Positions 45,379-56,182 of a DNA stretch of 64,000 nt are shown piece after piece. The notes under the pieces were generated by a model. That model saw only the letters and a list, made by a program, of their open reading frames with translations, ran no database searches and was not told the DNA's origin. The stretch spans positions 248,001 to 312,000 of IMG/VR virus record IMGVR_UViG_3300035698_035310. One strand, 5' to 3'. The position numbers and the translations under genes were made by a program. The first letter of the stretch is position 1; each line of letters starts with the position of its first letter.

Positions 45379-48117
45379 ATGACATACGTAGACGCAATAA
45401 AAGTTAAAGATACCATTTATATCGCAGAACGCGATGCTAATGGAAAAAGGATAACACAACAATATCCAGCAACATATACACTATATAAGAAACAGCCACA
45501 TGGCGAACATACTTCTATCTATGGTGATTCGTTAACGAAATACACATTCGGAACATATCAAGACCATAGAAATGCGGTGAATGGTGCGCAACCTAGCACA
45601 TTATTCGAACATGATATTAATCCAGTTTTCAGTTTTCTTGAAGAACACTATTCTAATGCTCCATTGCCTATGTTGCATGTTGCATTTTTTGATATTGAGG
45701 TCGACTTTGATCCTAATATTGGTTTCTCAAGTCCTGAAGACCCATATTGTGCTGTGAATGCTATATCGGTGCATCAATCTTGGACGGGGCAAAACCATAC
45801 GGTTGTTTTGAAACCAAAAACCATAAGAAAAACACTTATGATTAATGGCAAAGAAGTGACTAAACTAGTTCCGTTAACAGAAGAAGAAGCAGTAGAAATA
45901 TGCAATAAATTCGAAAATACCATATTATGTAGAGATGAAATCGAATTATATAATAAATTTTTCGAATTGATATATGATGCGGATATTTTAAGTGGATGGA
46001 ACAGCACCGGATTTGATATACCATATTTGGTTAGACGATTAGAAAAAATCAAACATACCGAAAAAAATAAGAAGTTTTGTTTATGGGATCAAAAACCCAG
46101 AAAAAGAAATTTTGAAAAATTCGGTAAAGAGCAATTCACATATGATTTGTTTGGTCGTGTTCATTTGGACTATCTTGATTTGTATCAAAAACATACGTAT
46201 CACGAAATGCACAGTTATAGTCTAGATGCTGTTGGCGAGTATGAAGTTAAAGAACGCAAAGTAGCATATGCTGGAAGTTTGGATATGCTATATAAGGCGG
46301 ATTTTGAAAAATTTATCGAATATAACCGTCAAGACGTTATGGTGTTAGTTAAAATCGATAAGAAAAACAAATTCATCGAGTTATCCAATAACCTTGCGCA
46401 CGAAATGACTGTAACATTGCAGACTACACTTGGTTCTGTTGCGTTGATAGAATCAGCCATATGTAAGGAAATACATTCTCAGGGGCTGATAGCACCAAGT
46501 AAGAAAAAACCTTCTGGTGAGTCAACGTCGGTGGCTGGTGCCTATGTTGCTACCCCTATTAAGGGTTTGCATAATTGGGTTGGTAGCGTAGATATCAATT
46601 CGTTATATCCTTCGGTTATTCGAGCACTCAATATAAGCCCTGAAACAATAGTTGGTCAGATCAGATTAACAGAGACAATGACACACATTTCAGATTATTT
46701 GAATGAAAAATCAACCAATACGTTAGCAGAAGCGTGGGGGGATTTCTTTGGTGTTCATGAATACAATAAATTGATGAGAAAATCTCCTGATGAGAAAATC
46801 ATTGTAGATTTAGAAGATGGGTCGGCATTAGAACAATCTGTCGAAGATTGGTTTAATTCTATACACGATGAAGATTCAAGTATGTGCGTAAGTAGTAATG
46901 GGACATTATTCAGAATAGACAAAAAAGGCATTATTCCAGGTTTGCTTGAACGTTGGTATAATGAACGCGTTATTATTCGCAAAGAAGCATCGGATATGTA
47001 TAAGCAAGTAGAAAATATGGAAGATGGTCCCGAAAAGGATGAACTTAATAAACAAATAGCATTCCGTGATCAACGACAATTGATTAAAAAGATTTTGCTT
47101 AACAGTTTGTATGGTGCGTTACTTAATCCATATTGTAGATTTTTTGATCAACGTATGGGACAGTCAGTTACATTAACTGGGCGTTGTATTACCAAACACA
47201 TGATGTCAAAAATGAATGAAATATTTACCGGTGAATATGATCATGAAGGTGAATCGATAATTTATGGCGATACTGATTCTGCATATTTCTCCGCGTATCC
47301 AATTTTCAAAGATATAAAAGATTTTGACTGGTCTGCGGATAATATAATTGAATTATATGATACCGTATCAAGTCAAATGAATGAATCGTTTCCGGGTTAT
47401 ATGGTAGATGCGTTTCATACATCATTAGAAAACGGAAAGATAATTGAAGCAGGGCGCGAAGTTATTGCACAGAAAGGTGTATTCATTAAAAAGAAACGTT
47501 ATGCTTTATTATGTAATGATATTGAAGGTAGACGTTTTGATCAAGGTGATGAACCAGGAAAAATGAAAGCGATGGGCGTTGAACTTAAACGTTCTGATAC
47601 ACCCGCAAGCATTCAAGTGTTTCTAAAAGACACATTAATGATGGCACTATCTGGTTCCAGCGAAGAAGAAATTAGATTATACATTAAAGATTTCCGTGAA
47701 GATTTTAGATCATGGGATGGATGGAATAAAGGCGCACCAAAACGCGTCAACAATCTTACAGAAAAAGTCGATAAAGAAAAAACGTTGGGAATGAGAACCA
47801 GCATGGCAGGACATCAACGTGCATCAATGGCATGGAATGATTTAAGAAAGAAATTCAATGACCATTATAGCATGGAAATACAAGATGGATTCAAAGTGGT
47901 TGTATGTAAACTGAAAAAAAATCCATTAGGAATAACAAGTGTCGCATATCCAGTTGATCAGGAACACTTACCAGAGTGGTTTAAAGAGTTGCCGTTTGAT
48001 CACGATTTGATGGAAGAAGGCATGATAGATAAAAAAATAGAAAATATTCTTGGTGTACTTAAGTGGAAACTTAAACGCGCTGAAGATGATACAACATGGG
48101 ATAATATTTTTTCATAA
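45379..48117 (+). CDS. family B DNA polymerase (T4 gp43-like)
   Basis: FDIE, GWN..GFD.PY, YN..D, SVDINSLYPS, K..LNSLYG, YGDTDS, KKRY. Confidence 0.97.
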   Translation: MTYVDAIKVKDTIYIAERDANGKRITQQYPATYTLYKKQPHGEHTSIYGDSLTKYTFGTYQDHRNAVNGAQPSTLFEHDINPVFSFLEEHYSNAPLPMLHVAFFDIEVDFDPNIGFSSPEDPYCAVNAISVHQSWTGQNHTVVLKPKTIRKTLMINGKEVTKLVPLTEEEAVEICNKFENTILCRDEIELYNKFFELIYDADILSGWNSTGFDIPYLVRRLEKIKHTEKNKKFCLWDQKPRKRNFEKFGKEQFTYDLFGRVHLDYLDLYQKHTYHEMHSYSLDAVGEYEVKERKVAYAGSLDMLYKADFEKFIEYNRQDVMVLVKIDKKNKFIELSNNLAHEMTVTLQTTLGSVALIESAICKEIHSQGLIAPSKKKPSGESTSVAGAYVATPIKGLHNWVGSVDINSLYPSVIRALNISPETIVGQIRLTETMTHISDYLNEKSTNTLAEAWGDFFGVHEYNKLMRKSPDEKIIVDLEDGSALEQSVEDWFNSIHDEDSSMCVSSNGTLFRIDKKGIIPGLLERWYNERVIIRKEASDMYKQVENMEDGPEKDELNKQIAFRDQRQLIKKILLNSLYGALLNPYCRFFDQRMGQSVTLTGRCITKHMMSKMNEIFTGEYDHEGESIIYGDTDSAYFSAYPIFKDIKDFDWSADNIIELYDTVSSQMNESFPGYMVDAFHTSLENGKIIEAGREVIAQKGVFIKKKRYALLCNDIEGRRFDQGDEPGKMKAMGVELKRSDTPASIQVFLKDTLMMALSGSSEEEIRLYIKDFREDFRSWDGWNKGAPKRVNNLTEKVDKEKTLGMRTSMAGHQRASMAWNDLRKKFNDHYSMEIQDGFKVVVCKLKKNPLGITSVAYPVDQEHLPEWFKELPFDHDLMEEGMIDKKIENILGVLKWKLKRAEDDTTWDNIFS

Positions 48118-48185
48118 TAAAAGAATAATATTGCAATAATAACAACAATGATTTATATTATATAAACACTTAGAGGAATAGAATA

Positions 48186-48977
48186 ATGATACTTAACTAC
48201 TTACGTGATATTGTAAAATACACAACTAAACTTGGTGCGAACTCAGTTAAAATATCCGGCGACAACGGCGTTGTAACAGTTGAAGCATGCGACGAGACTA
48301 ACAAAACGGTTGTAATCAAAGGCACCCTAATAAAACCATCACCGGATTTAGAAGGCATTTGCGGATTGAGCGATTTGGAATGGCTCACGAGTTATGTAAA
48401 TGCTTATAAACACAAAGACGATGTTGCGACAGTTATTCGCAAAGAAAAGACATTCAATCAACAAATGAATGATAGCGATGGAAATGCATTGGTCGACGAG
48501 AACGGCGAAGTGAAAACAGAATCAATAACAAAAAACATGATTGAAGAAATTCATTTTGCACGTGGCACACAAATGAAGAATCAATATCGGGTTATGGATA
48601 CCAGATTGTTACCGGAACAACCGAAGTTTGGCGGTTTGCCGTGGGCTATTGAAATTGAGCCAACCAAACAAGCCATTGATTTACTATCTACGCAATCAGG
48701 ATTTGGCGTTGAAACAGAGTTCGGTGTTGTCACCGACGAGAATACATTATATTTGACATTTGGCAGTTCTGCTGTTATCGAATTTGCATATGATGTTGAA
48801 GGCACACTTGATAAGCCATGGAGATGGGAAACTAAACGAGTATTGGATATATTAAAACTATCTAATGATGCTGAATGCAAAATGGGATTTTCAGACAAAG
48901 GTGCCATGCAAATAACATTAAATTCTGGATTGGCGGAATATAATTATATAGTTCCCGCAAAAGCAAAAAGTAATTAA
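48186..48977 (+). CDS. sliding clamp-like protein
   Basis: Follows the polymerase; size and C-terminal GA..I...SGLA.Y.Y..PA. Confidence 0.6.
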   Translation: MILNYLRDIVKYTTKLGANSVKISGDNGVVTVEACDETNKTVVIKGTLIKPSPDLEGICGLSDLEWLTSYVNAYKHKDDVATVIRKEKTFNQQMNDSDGNALVDENGEVKTESITKNMIEEIHFARGTQMKNQYRVMDTRLLPEQPKFGGLPWAIEIEPTKQAIDLLSTQSGFGVETEFGVVTDENTLYLTFGSSAVIEFAYDVEGTLDKPWRWETKRVLDILKLSNDAECKMGFSDKGAMQITLNSGLAEYNYIVPAKAKSN

Positions 48978-48982
48978 ATCAC

Positions 48983-49627
48983 ATGAAAAGAACACATCAA
49001 GCAGAAAAAATAAAAGATACCGAGGTTTTGGGTATGCCAGAATCGGCAAAAGAAATGGTAGCAGTAGGTTCAGAAAAACATCAAGGGTTGATGAATAACG
49101 GCGTCTATATATTAACTGGTGAAATAAACTCAGTATGTGCAGAAGATGTTCTCGGATATATATTAGAAGCAAATTTAAACCCACAATGTGATTGGGAATA
49201 TATTACGATGATAATCAATAGCCCTGGTGGTTTTGTTTCTGATGGATTTGCGATAATTGACGCAATGTTTGGAAGTCACATACCAATAAAAACAGTTGGT
49301 ATAGGCATGATTGCCAGTATGGGTTTACAGATATTTCTAGCTGGTCAAGAAGGATCAAGAATGTTAACGCCCAACTGTATGATATTAAGCCATCAATTTA
49401 CTGGTGGTGCCTATGGTAAAGAGCATGAATTGGTTGCGGCACAAACCGAACAACATATATTGTCTGATAATATCATGAGACATTATAAACGCACCACGGG
49501 TATGTCTAAAGACGATATTAGAAAATATTTATTGCCCCCCGAGGACGTATGGCTTACCGCGAAAGACGCTAAGAAATATGGCATATGTGATGTTATAAAA
49601 GACTTAAAACCAAAAATATTACTATAG
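48983..49627 (+). CDS. clpP: ClpP-like protease
   Basis: INSPGG.V..G.AI.D.M, G..ASMG, R...PN...LSHQ, D.WL.A..A..YG..D. Confidence 0.9.
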   Translation: MKRTHQAEKIKDTEVLGMPESAKEMVAVGSEKHQGLMNNGVYILTGEINSVCAEDVLGYILEANLNPQCDWEYITMIINSPGGFVSDGFAIIDAMFGSHIPIKTVGIGMIASMGLQIFLAGQEGSRMLTPNCMILSHQFTGGAYGKEHELVAAQTEQHILSDNIMRHYKRTTGMSKDDIRKYLLPPEDVWLTAKDAKKYGICDVIKDLKPKILL

Positions 49628-49636
49628 GAAACAATT

Positions 49637-50119
49637 ATGTCTTACAATGTACCATCAGCATCAGCGGCAAAAACTAGTTCAATGGATGGACCAGGGATAG
49701 ATTTTCAATCACTTATTGATAAATCAAGAAAAATGGGATTAACACCAGATATTCGCGATATGATTATTTCATTTGAAGATTGTAAAAATATTTTAAAAGC
49801 TAAAGAAGTTGAATTAGATACGCTACAAGCTATAGTAATGGAAAGCGATGATGAAAATATATCTACATTGCGAGAGGAATTATTTATTGTCGCAAAATTA
49901 TTATATTCAGATGTAATCGAAGATGTAATAAAACGAGAAGTAAATGATACAGAAGTGAAAATGGATAATCACTTTGACATTAACGAGAAGTCAGTAGCGG
50001 CGGATGTTACATCTTGGAATATCATAAATCGTATTTCTGAGTATAGACGGAAACGCCGCATATATAGCGAAAATCTTACTAAAATAAAAAAGAGATTGAA
50101 AGAAAACGTAGGATTATGA
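49637..50119 (+). CDS. hypothetical protein
   Basis: ORF. Confidence 0.65.
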   Translation: MSYNVPSASAAKTSSMDGPGIDFQSLIDKSRKMGLTPDIRDMIISFEDCKNILKAKEVELDTLQAIVMESDDENISTLREELFIVAKLLYSDVIEDVIKREVNDTEVKMDNHFDINEKSVAADVTSWNIINRISEYRRKRRIYSENLTKIKKRLKENVGL

Positions 50120-50160
50120 TAAATATATTATAAATCCCTTACATTTTGGAGGCTAACGCC

Positions 50161-51111
50161 ATGAAGTTAATACCATTTGGTACAACTCTAGCTGGTCTCA
50201 CCCTTAAAGGAAATCAGCGTGATGTAGCAGAAGCACATTACAACCTTGATGGTGAATCACTAGAACGTCGATTAATTGAGTTGAATGAAATATTCACCAC
50301 TGAAGTCAGAAAATTAAAGTTATTAGAGTTAGATTATGAGTATGATCACATAAATGAATATGTTTATCATACTCAAATGTTAAAATTGAAGACAACCACT
50401 GGCACTGAATTAGATTTAGCATTATGTGATCTCGATTTTGAATATGATAAAATTGACGCTTATAGTCATGCTATACTTAGAGCAAATATATTATATTCAG
50501 AAGCAGAATTAACACAAGAAAAACTCAAAATTGATTTGAAATATGAAAAAATATCACAAGAAGAATATGATATTGAAGATGTCAAATTAACTTTATCAGA
50601 TGATGAACTAGAAATAGAACTTTTAAACATTGAAAGAAAATATAAACATATTACAAAAGAAGAATATGATTATAAAATGGTTGAAGTTAAATATAGAAAT
50701 TCTGCTCATGATACAGATTTGCCATTTGCTAGATACGAACTTGATAAAAAATATGGTAAATTAACTGAAAAAGAATTTGATAAAGCTGTATATTCACTTG
50801 GTAATAGACCATGGGTTGATATAGTTCGCAGTGAATATAAAGATGATGAAAAATCCGATGGGTTTACGTTTGAATTGGATTGGAATGATGCATTTGTAAA
50901 AATGTTGCGTTCAGAAGGTTATAACGGCGGCACAGACGAAGCAATTGTTGAGCAGTGGTTTGAAGATAAATCGCTTGATACATACTTGGGGGTTCTTTCA
51001 GAACAATTAGATGAAATTGGTGATGACCCTGAAGATGCACACAAAGTTAGACCGGGTAGTAATAAAACGTTTCGAGAACAACTCGAAGATAAAAAATCTA
51101 GACATTCATAA
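50161..51111 (+). CDS. hypothetical protein with internal helical repeats
   Basis: Repeated L.LD..Y.KI...EY units; PWV, FELDWN..FV..L...GY.G..DE.IV..WF. Confidence 0.7.
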   Translation: MKLIPFGTTLAGLTLKGNQRDVAEAHYNLDGESLERRLIELNEIFTTEVRKLKLLELDYEYDHINEYVYHTQMLKLKTTTGTELDLALCDLDFEYDKIDAYSHAILRANILYSEAELTQEKLKIDLKYEKISQEEYDIEDVKLTLSDDELEIELLNIERKYKHITKEEYDYKMVEVKYRNSAHDTDLPFARYELDKKYGKLTEKEFDKAVYSLGNRPWVDIVRSEYKDDEKSDGFTFELDWNDAFVKMLRSEGYNGGTDEAIVEQWFEDKSLDTYLGVLSEQLDEIGDDPEDAHKVRPGSNKTFREQLEDKKSRHS

Positions 51112-51125
51112 CATAAAGAAAATAA

Positions 51126-52148
51126 ATGACCGATAAAAAAACATTTTTAATAATAGATACCAGCAACATGATGTATCGCGCCAGACATGCGTCTAATAGC
51201 GGTGATATATGGGATACGATTGGTGTTACCATTCATATCATGTTGAATAGCATACGCAAAAGTTGGATTAAATCACAGGCGACACACGTGGTATTTTGTC
51301 TTGAAGGTAAAAGTTGGCGTCGGGCTATATATGAGCCATACAAAGCCAACCGTGATGCCCTAAAGGCGGCTAAAACACCAGATGAACTAGAAGAAGATAA
51401 ACTATTTTATGAAGGCGTTAATGGGTTCATTGATTTTATAACAAATCAAACTAATTGCACGGTATTACAAAACGAATTATGTGAAGCAGATGATTTAATT
51501 GCACGATTTGTGCAAAAACATCCTACTGACGATCATGTAATAATATCGGGCGATACTGATTTTATACAGTTGTTAGCAAGCAATGTTACTATATATGACG
51601 GCGTTAAAGAAATAATTCTTAAACAAGATGGTATATATAACGAACGAGATAAACGTTTGCATTTTAACGTTAAATCCAATACAAAAATAAAAGTCGGTTT
51701 CCCTGTTAAGAAAAACGAAGAAGAAATATACGACAACGAGTGGATTGAGTGGGCATTATTTTTAAAGTTTGTTCGAGGCGATCCTGGTGATAATGTGTTT
51801 AGTGCATATCCACGCGCCAATATCAAAAAAATAAGAGCAGCATTTGATGATAGACATGATAAAGGTTATAATTGGAATAATTTCATGTTACACCGATGGA
51901 CTGATCATAAAAATAAAGATCATCGGGTTAAGGCTTGTTATGAACGCAATAAAGAACTTATCGATCTGACCATGCAACCAATAGAAATAAAAATGATCAT
52001 GGATGAAGTAATTGATGAAGCAACATTGCCACGTGGCAAAACCAAAATTGGATTACGTCTATTAAAATATGCTGGTATTAATGAACTCGTTAGAATATCC
52101 GACAATCCAGATAATTATGTCAAATTTCTTTCGGCAAAATATTATTGA
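51126..52148 (+). CDS. 5'-3' exonuclease / RNase H (T4 Rnh, FEN-like)
   Basis: IID..N...R, SWR...Y..YK.NR, EADD.IA, S.D.DF.QL, GD..DNV. Confidence 0.9.
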   Translation: MTDKKTFLIIDTSNMMYRARHASNSGDIWDTIGVTIHIMLNSIRKSWIKSQATHVVFCLEGKSWRRAIYEPYKANRDALKAAKTPDELEEDKLFYEGVNGFIDFITNQTNCTVLQNELCEADDLIARFVQKHPTDDHVIISGDTDFIQLLASNVTIYDGVKEIILKQDGIYNERDKRLHFNVKSNTKIKVGFPVKKNEEEIYDNEWIEWALFLKFVRGDPGDNVFSAYPRANIKKIRAAFDDRHDKGYNWNNFMLHRWTDHKNKDHRVKACYERNKELIDLTMQPIEIKMIMDEVIDEATLPRGKTKIGLRLLKYAGINELVRISDNPDNYVKFLSAKYY

Positions 52149-52202
52149 CATCTGAACAGAGAATCTATATTCTATACATACACACAATACATGGAGAATA
52201 CG

Positions 52203-52844
52203 ATGGCAATAGAAAACGAACGAAAATATATTATCGATATGGAATTGATTGATATAGATTCAATTACATTTGATTACGATGGCGAACATTACATGGTGAC
52301 ACAATCTTATGTTGACGATGGGAGAATTCGAAAAACCGAAAACATAGATGGTTCTATTGATTATATATTTACATGGAAAAAAAGAAAAGATAATGGTTCG
52401 TGTATTGAAATAGAAACCATAATAACAATAGATGATTACATTGGTTTGTTGGCTGTGTCGACAAATACTATAACAAAATATCGAATTAAAATGATTCACG
52501 ATGGCTTAGATTGGGATATAGATTTTTTATTCAAAGACAATGGTAAGTATGATCATTATCTTACGATAGCCGAAGTAGAAATGCCAGAAGATCAAGAAAT
52601 ACCAGAAAATTTGCCCTATTTTGTAAGTCGAAATTTAATATATTTAATTCCGCGCAATCTAGATGATTTATGGACGAATAAAAAATTAAGTGACATCGAC
52701 TATACCAAACAATTGATTATAGATACATCATATAAAATACCAAACACCCCAGTTGAAATATCGCCCGAAGCGAAAAAGAGAAGCGAGAAAATACTCGACG
52801 AGATTAGAACCAGAACAGCGGCAAAACAAGAAATTTATGGCTAG
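52203..52844 (+). CDS. CYTH-domain protein
   Basis: IENERKY, Q.Y, RIR, EIE..I, K.R, W.ID, AEVE. Confidence 0.8.
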   Translation: MAIENERKYIIDMELIDIDSITFDYDGEHYMVTQSYVDDGRIRKTENIDGSIDYIFTWKKRKDNGSCIEIETIITIDDYIGLLAVSTNTITKYRIKMIHDGLDWDIDFLFKDNGKYDHYLTIAEVEMPEDQEIPENLPYFVSRNLIYLIPRNLDDLWTNKKLSDIDYTKQLIIDTSYKIPNTPVEISPEAKKRSEKILDEIRTRTAAKQEIYG

Positions 52845-53244
52845 ACCTAAACCACAATTCAATCGATATCATCATTCTATATGTTTTCCAAACGAGTTAA
52901 ATAAAATGATGATAGAATATATAAATTCATTCACAGACGATATTGATCTTACATCACACGCCGCTGAACAAATGTCTGATCAAAAAGACCCACGTGGATA
53001 TATCCCCTTGCCAACATCTGGCGAATTGCTCGATAACTCCAATAAATTAATAGAAATATATGAACGATTAGATAAACCAGGGAGAATACAAAAAGCAGTT
53101 ATACGTGTTGGTCATTTAAGTGAAAAGTATGATTACACTTATGTTGTTGCACGTGATGGTGTTATAGTTACATCATGGATCAACGACAAAGGCGACAATC
53201 ATCGATTAACAAACACTGCTAATAATTATATACAACGATCATAA
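52837..53244 (+). CDS. hypothetical protein (possible RelE/DUF4258-like fold)
   Basis: T.HA.EQ and VVA.DG.IVT.W.N...D.H. Confidence 0.5.
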   Translation: MARPKPQFNRYHHSICFPNELNKMMIEYINSFTDDIDLTSHAAEQMSDQKDPRGYIPLPTSGELLDNSNKLIEIYERLDKPGRIQKAVIRVGHLSEKYDYTYVVARDGVIVTSWINDKGDNHRLTNTANNYIQRS

Positions 53245-53313
53245 AAATATACGATCATTTCATATCACCACCAACTGACTAAATACTTGCATAATATAAT
53301 AGGAGTTTTTATT

Positions 53314-54414
53314 ATGCAAGTAGATATGCATTTTTATGGAGTTTTTTGTATGGCTCGTGCAGCGGGAATGAACCGCGAAGCAGCTAAAACAATAGCATAT
53401 GCCTCACAATACGTTGACGATTCTAACCTTACTGAAACCAATACTCACGATAATGGTGGTAAAATAATATCTGAAGCAACTGCCCATCACACCACCGATA
53501 TTAAAAATATAAATCATAACGATCAACGTTATATATGGGTTCCATTTCATTTTTATCCAAGCGGGGTTGGTGTGAAATTCACTGACAAATTAGTTTGTCA
53601 AAAAGATTCAACATCTGTTAACGAAATGGTTGATAACCATATCAACCAAGACAAATCCTACATATTGGAATTAATGGGAATTGCGGCACACGTATATGCT
53701 GACACGTTTTCACATTATGGTTTCTCTGGCGTTAGTTCCAGAAGTAATAGAGTGGTAGGTGAAACCATAAAATTGTATGGATTGCCACCAACACTTGAAG
53801 CCCTTTTAGGTAAAAAAGTAGCAAGATGGTTTGGTCGTTACGGTAAACAGGGTGGATTGATGTCTAATATTAGAACATTGATTAGTGATGGAGCAGAACT
53901 TGCAACTGGCGCATTAGGTCATGGCGGGGTATCTATATATCCAGACCAGCCATATTTAAAATGGGAATTTGAATACGAATTCAAAAATCCAAATCGTAAC
54001 GATTATTCAGAACGTGATAATCAAGTGACATTTTTAGAAGCATGTGTTAAACTATATGAAATGTTTACCAAATTTTTAAATGCGCACCCCGAATATAAAG
54101 AAGATGGAGTTCGAATAGAAATAGAAAAAATAATACCACATCTAAAGGAAATACTAAAAACTGAAGGTGGTAAAGATGAACGAATGGAAAAATGGAAAAA
54201 ATACGCCGCAGATAATTTATTATATAATGGTGATGGAGAAATAGACACTTATGATTCAGAAGATTGGCATAATCAATATGAAGATTTTTCTAAGTTGACA
54301 AACCATGACGAATTTGCTAATATGAACATATACAAATTCTTCCAAGCCGCAAGTTATCATAAACATACGGTGTTGAGAGAATTATTACCGAAACATGGGA
54401 TAATTGTTATATGA
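53314..54414 (+). CDS. DUF6765-like metal-dependent protein
   Basis: MQ.D.H.YG....ARAAG......IAYASQYVDD, W.PFHF.P, G...H.YADTFSH.GF, GH. Confidence 0.65.
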   Translation: MQVDMHFYGVFCMARAAGMNREAAKTIAYASQYVDDSNLTETNTHDNGGKIISEATAHHTTDIKNINHNDQRYIWVPFHFYPSGVGVKFTDKLVCQKDSTSVNEMVDNHINQDKSYILELMGIAAHVYADTFSHYGFSGVSSRSNRVVGETIKLYGLPPTLEALLGKKVARWFGRYGKQGGLMSNIRTLISDGAELATGALGHGGVSIYPDQPYLKWEFEYEFKNPNRNDYSERDNQVTFLEACVKLYEMFTKFLNAHPEYKEDGVRIEIEKIIPHLKEILKTEGGKDERMEKWKKYAADNLLYNGDGEIDTYDSEDWHNQYEDFSKLTNHDEFANMNIYKFFQAASYHKHTVLRELLPKHGIIVI

Positions 54415-54872
54415 TTAATGCAGAACCAATGACTGAGAAAAGTTGGATTTTATATGAAAAAACAACTCGTAAAGGATTGATGCGACTAACGAACGATGAA
54501 GAATATACAATATTAGGTGGACCAAATGCTGGCAAATATCCAGATTTAAAATCATTAACTGATAAATTAGGTGAAGTTACATTTGGAAAAATAAAAGCAT
54601 CCGCCGTTCAAGAAAAAGAAATAGTCGGTGAATATCCGATAAAACATGATACATATCATGAAGTAGAATCGATAGATTCACTTAGTTTATATACGAAAAA
54701 AGAAGGCAGTAAAGACGTATATGCTGCTGGATATTTTAGTGTAAACAGTAAAGGCAAATGGCAGACGTCATTCAGCCCCCGTTATAAGTCACTAGAAGAT
54801 AATGAATATCATGGCCCATTCAAATCTAAAATGGAAGCAGATCAAGAAACCAAAATGGAAAATAATAAATGA
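54411..54872 (+). CDS. hypothetical phage protein
   Basis: LYTK...S....AAGY.....W..SF.P....L....Y.GPFK. Confidence 0.7.
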   Translation: MINAEPMTEKSWILYEKTTRKGLMRLTNDEEYTILGGPNAGKYPDLKSLTDKLGEVTFGKIKASAVQEKEIVGEYPIKHDTYHEVESIDSLSLYTKKEGSKDVYAAGYFSVNSKGKWQTSFSPRYKSLEDNEYHGPFKSKMEADQETKMENNK

Positions 54873-55099
54873 GTGCAGTAGAAACATTTATGGCTAAAAC
54901 CACTGCTGCAACCAAAGCACGTAGCAAAGACATTCGCATTTCTTTACAAGAAGCACAATTATTGTCATCTGAACTTGCATCCATGTTGGCAAAAGAAAAT
55001 AAATTACTTAGTAAGATAGTTACGTTACAAGACAATATAACCGTTGTTGCCCCAACGCCAACTGGCGACATGGTGATGGACGGAGGGTCGTTTAAATAA
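54869..55099 (+). CDS. hypothetical phage protein
   Basis: C-terminal MDGGSF. Confidence 0.65.
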   Translation: MSAVETFMAKTTAATKARSKDIRISLQEAQLLSSELASMLAKENKLLSKIVTLQDNITVVAPTPTGDMVMDGGSFK

Positions 55100-55112
55100 T
55101 AGGAGATCACAA

Positions 55113-55310
55113 GTGCCAAAATATCAAGTAAATGTATATGAAACATTTCGCGTTAAACATGCCGCTGTTGTAGAAGCAGATAATGAACAAGATGCAATAA
55201 CCAAATTACATAAAGATGAATACAAAATATTTGAGAAAGGAAACTCTGATCATTATGAACCAGTATTCGAAGTTGATACCTCAAGTATAATTGAGAATGA
55301 CCTCCTATGA
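55113..55310 (+). CDS. small hypothetical protein
   Basis: AGGAG SD, GTG start; V.A..E..A motif. Confidence 0.6.
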   Translation: MPKYQVNVYETFRVKHAAVVEADNEQDAITKLHKDEYKIFEKGNSDHYEPVFEVDTSSIIENDLL

Positions 55311-55391
55311 CCTATAAAATAAATCAACCACATATACCCTTTATCATACCCATGCCGGGGAGAGCCCGGCTCATGATAAAGGAGATTATAT

Positions 55392-55679
55392 ATGTATCAA
55401 GAGAAAAAACTCGAAAGAAGAAGACGTGACTACTTAAGAATGAAAGAACGTGCTAGACACGTTCAAGCCCGTTGGTGGGATACCCATCACACTGATCCTG
55501 ACTTACATGACGCTGCAAGTAAGTTAGCCAACACTTTAAAATTATGTTCATGTTCATTGTGTGGAAACCCACGCCGTGATAATGTTTATGGCGATACATT
55601 AACGATGCAAGAATTAAAAGCACTGGATGATTCAAAAGATCAGTTAAAATGTTTTTTAGAAGAAACGCTTGACATATAA
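55392..55679 (+). CDS. small basic Zn-ribbon-like protein (CSC..CGNPR)
   Basis: Arg-rich N-terminus, CSCSLCGNPRR...T.QE; structured leader 55340-55380. Confidence 0.7.
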   Translation: MYQEKKLERRRRDYLRMKERARHVQARWWDTHHTDPDLHDAASKLANTLKLCSCSLCGNPRRDNVYGDTLTMQELKALDDSKDQLKCFLEETLDI

Positions 55680-55744
55680 ATATCATGTGTTATATTGTAT
55701 AAATAAGTTTAACGAATTAACCACTATTCAAGAAAGGAAATATT

Positions 55745-56170
55745 ATGTTGTAGATTAATACTGCTACCAAAGACGAAACCTTTGATCCCATGATGGATCA
55801 AACATTGCGCATGTATGCGATTGAGCGCGGTGATTTGGATATGACAAGAGGGAAGTGTTCTTCTCAAACAGGTCATGCATACAAACTTCTAACAAAAAAT
55901 GTGGTAGAGAATAACCCAACACTATCGAACGAATACTTCGATGATGGCATGGGAACTAATGTCACACTTAAATCCAAAAATCTAAGTCAACTTGAACGTG
56001 CCTATGACAATGCATTGGACGCGGGGCTTCCTTGTGTTTTAATCACTGACGAAGGGCATATAATGCCGCCACACTTCGATGGTGAACCTATTGTCACGGT
56101 TATAGGCATTGGCCCATGTAGGCGTGCCGAAGTTCATCACATCACCAAAAAATTTAACTGTGTAAAATAA
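55745..56170 (+). CDS. peptidyl-tRNA hydrolase (Pth2 type) with in-frame TAG at codon 3
   Basis: R.DL.M..GK...Q..HA, V.LK, GLP...I.D.G, TV.GIGP; SD AAGGA precedes ATG TTG TAG ATT... in frame with track ORF 55790. Confidence 0.8.
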
Positions 56171-56182
56171 AGGAGATATAAA

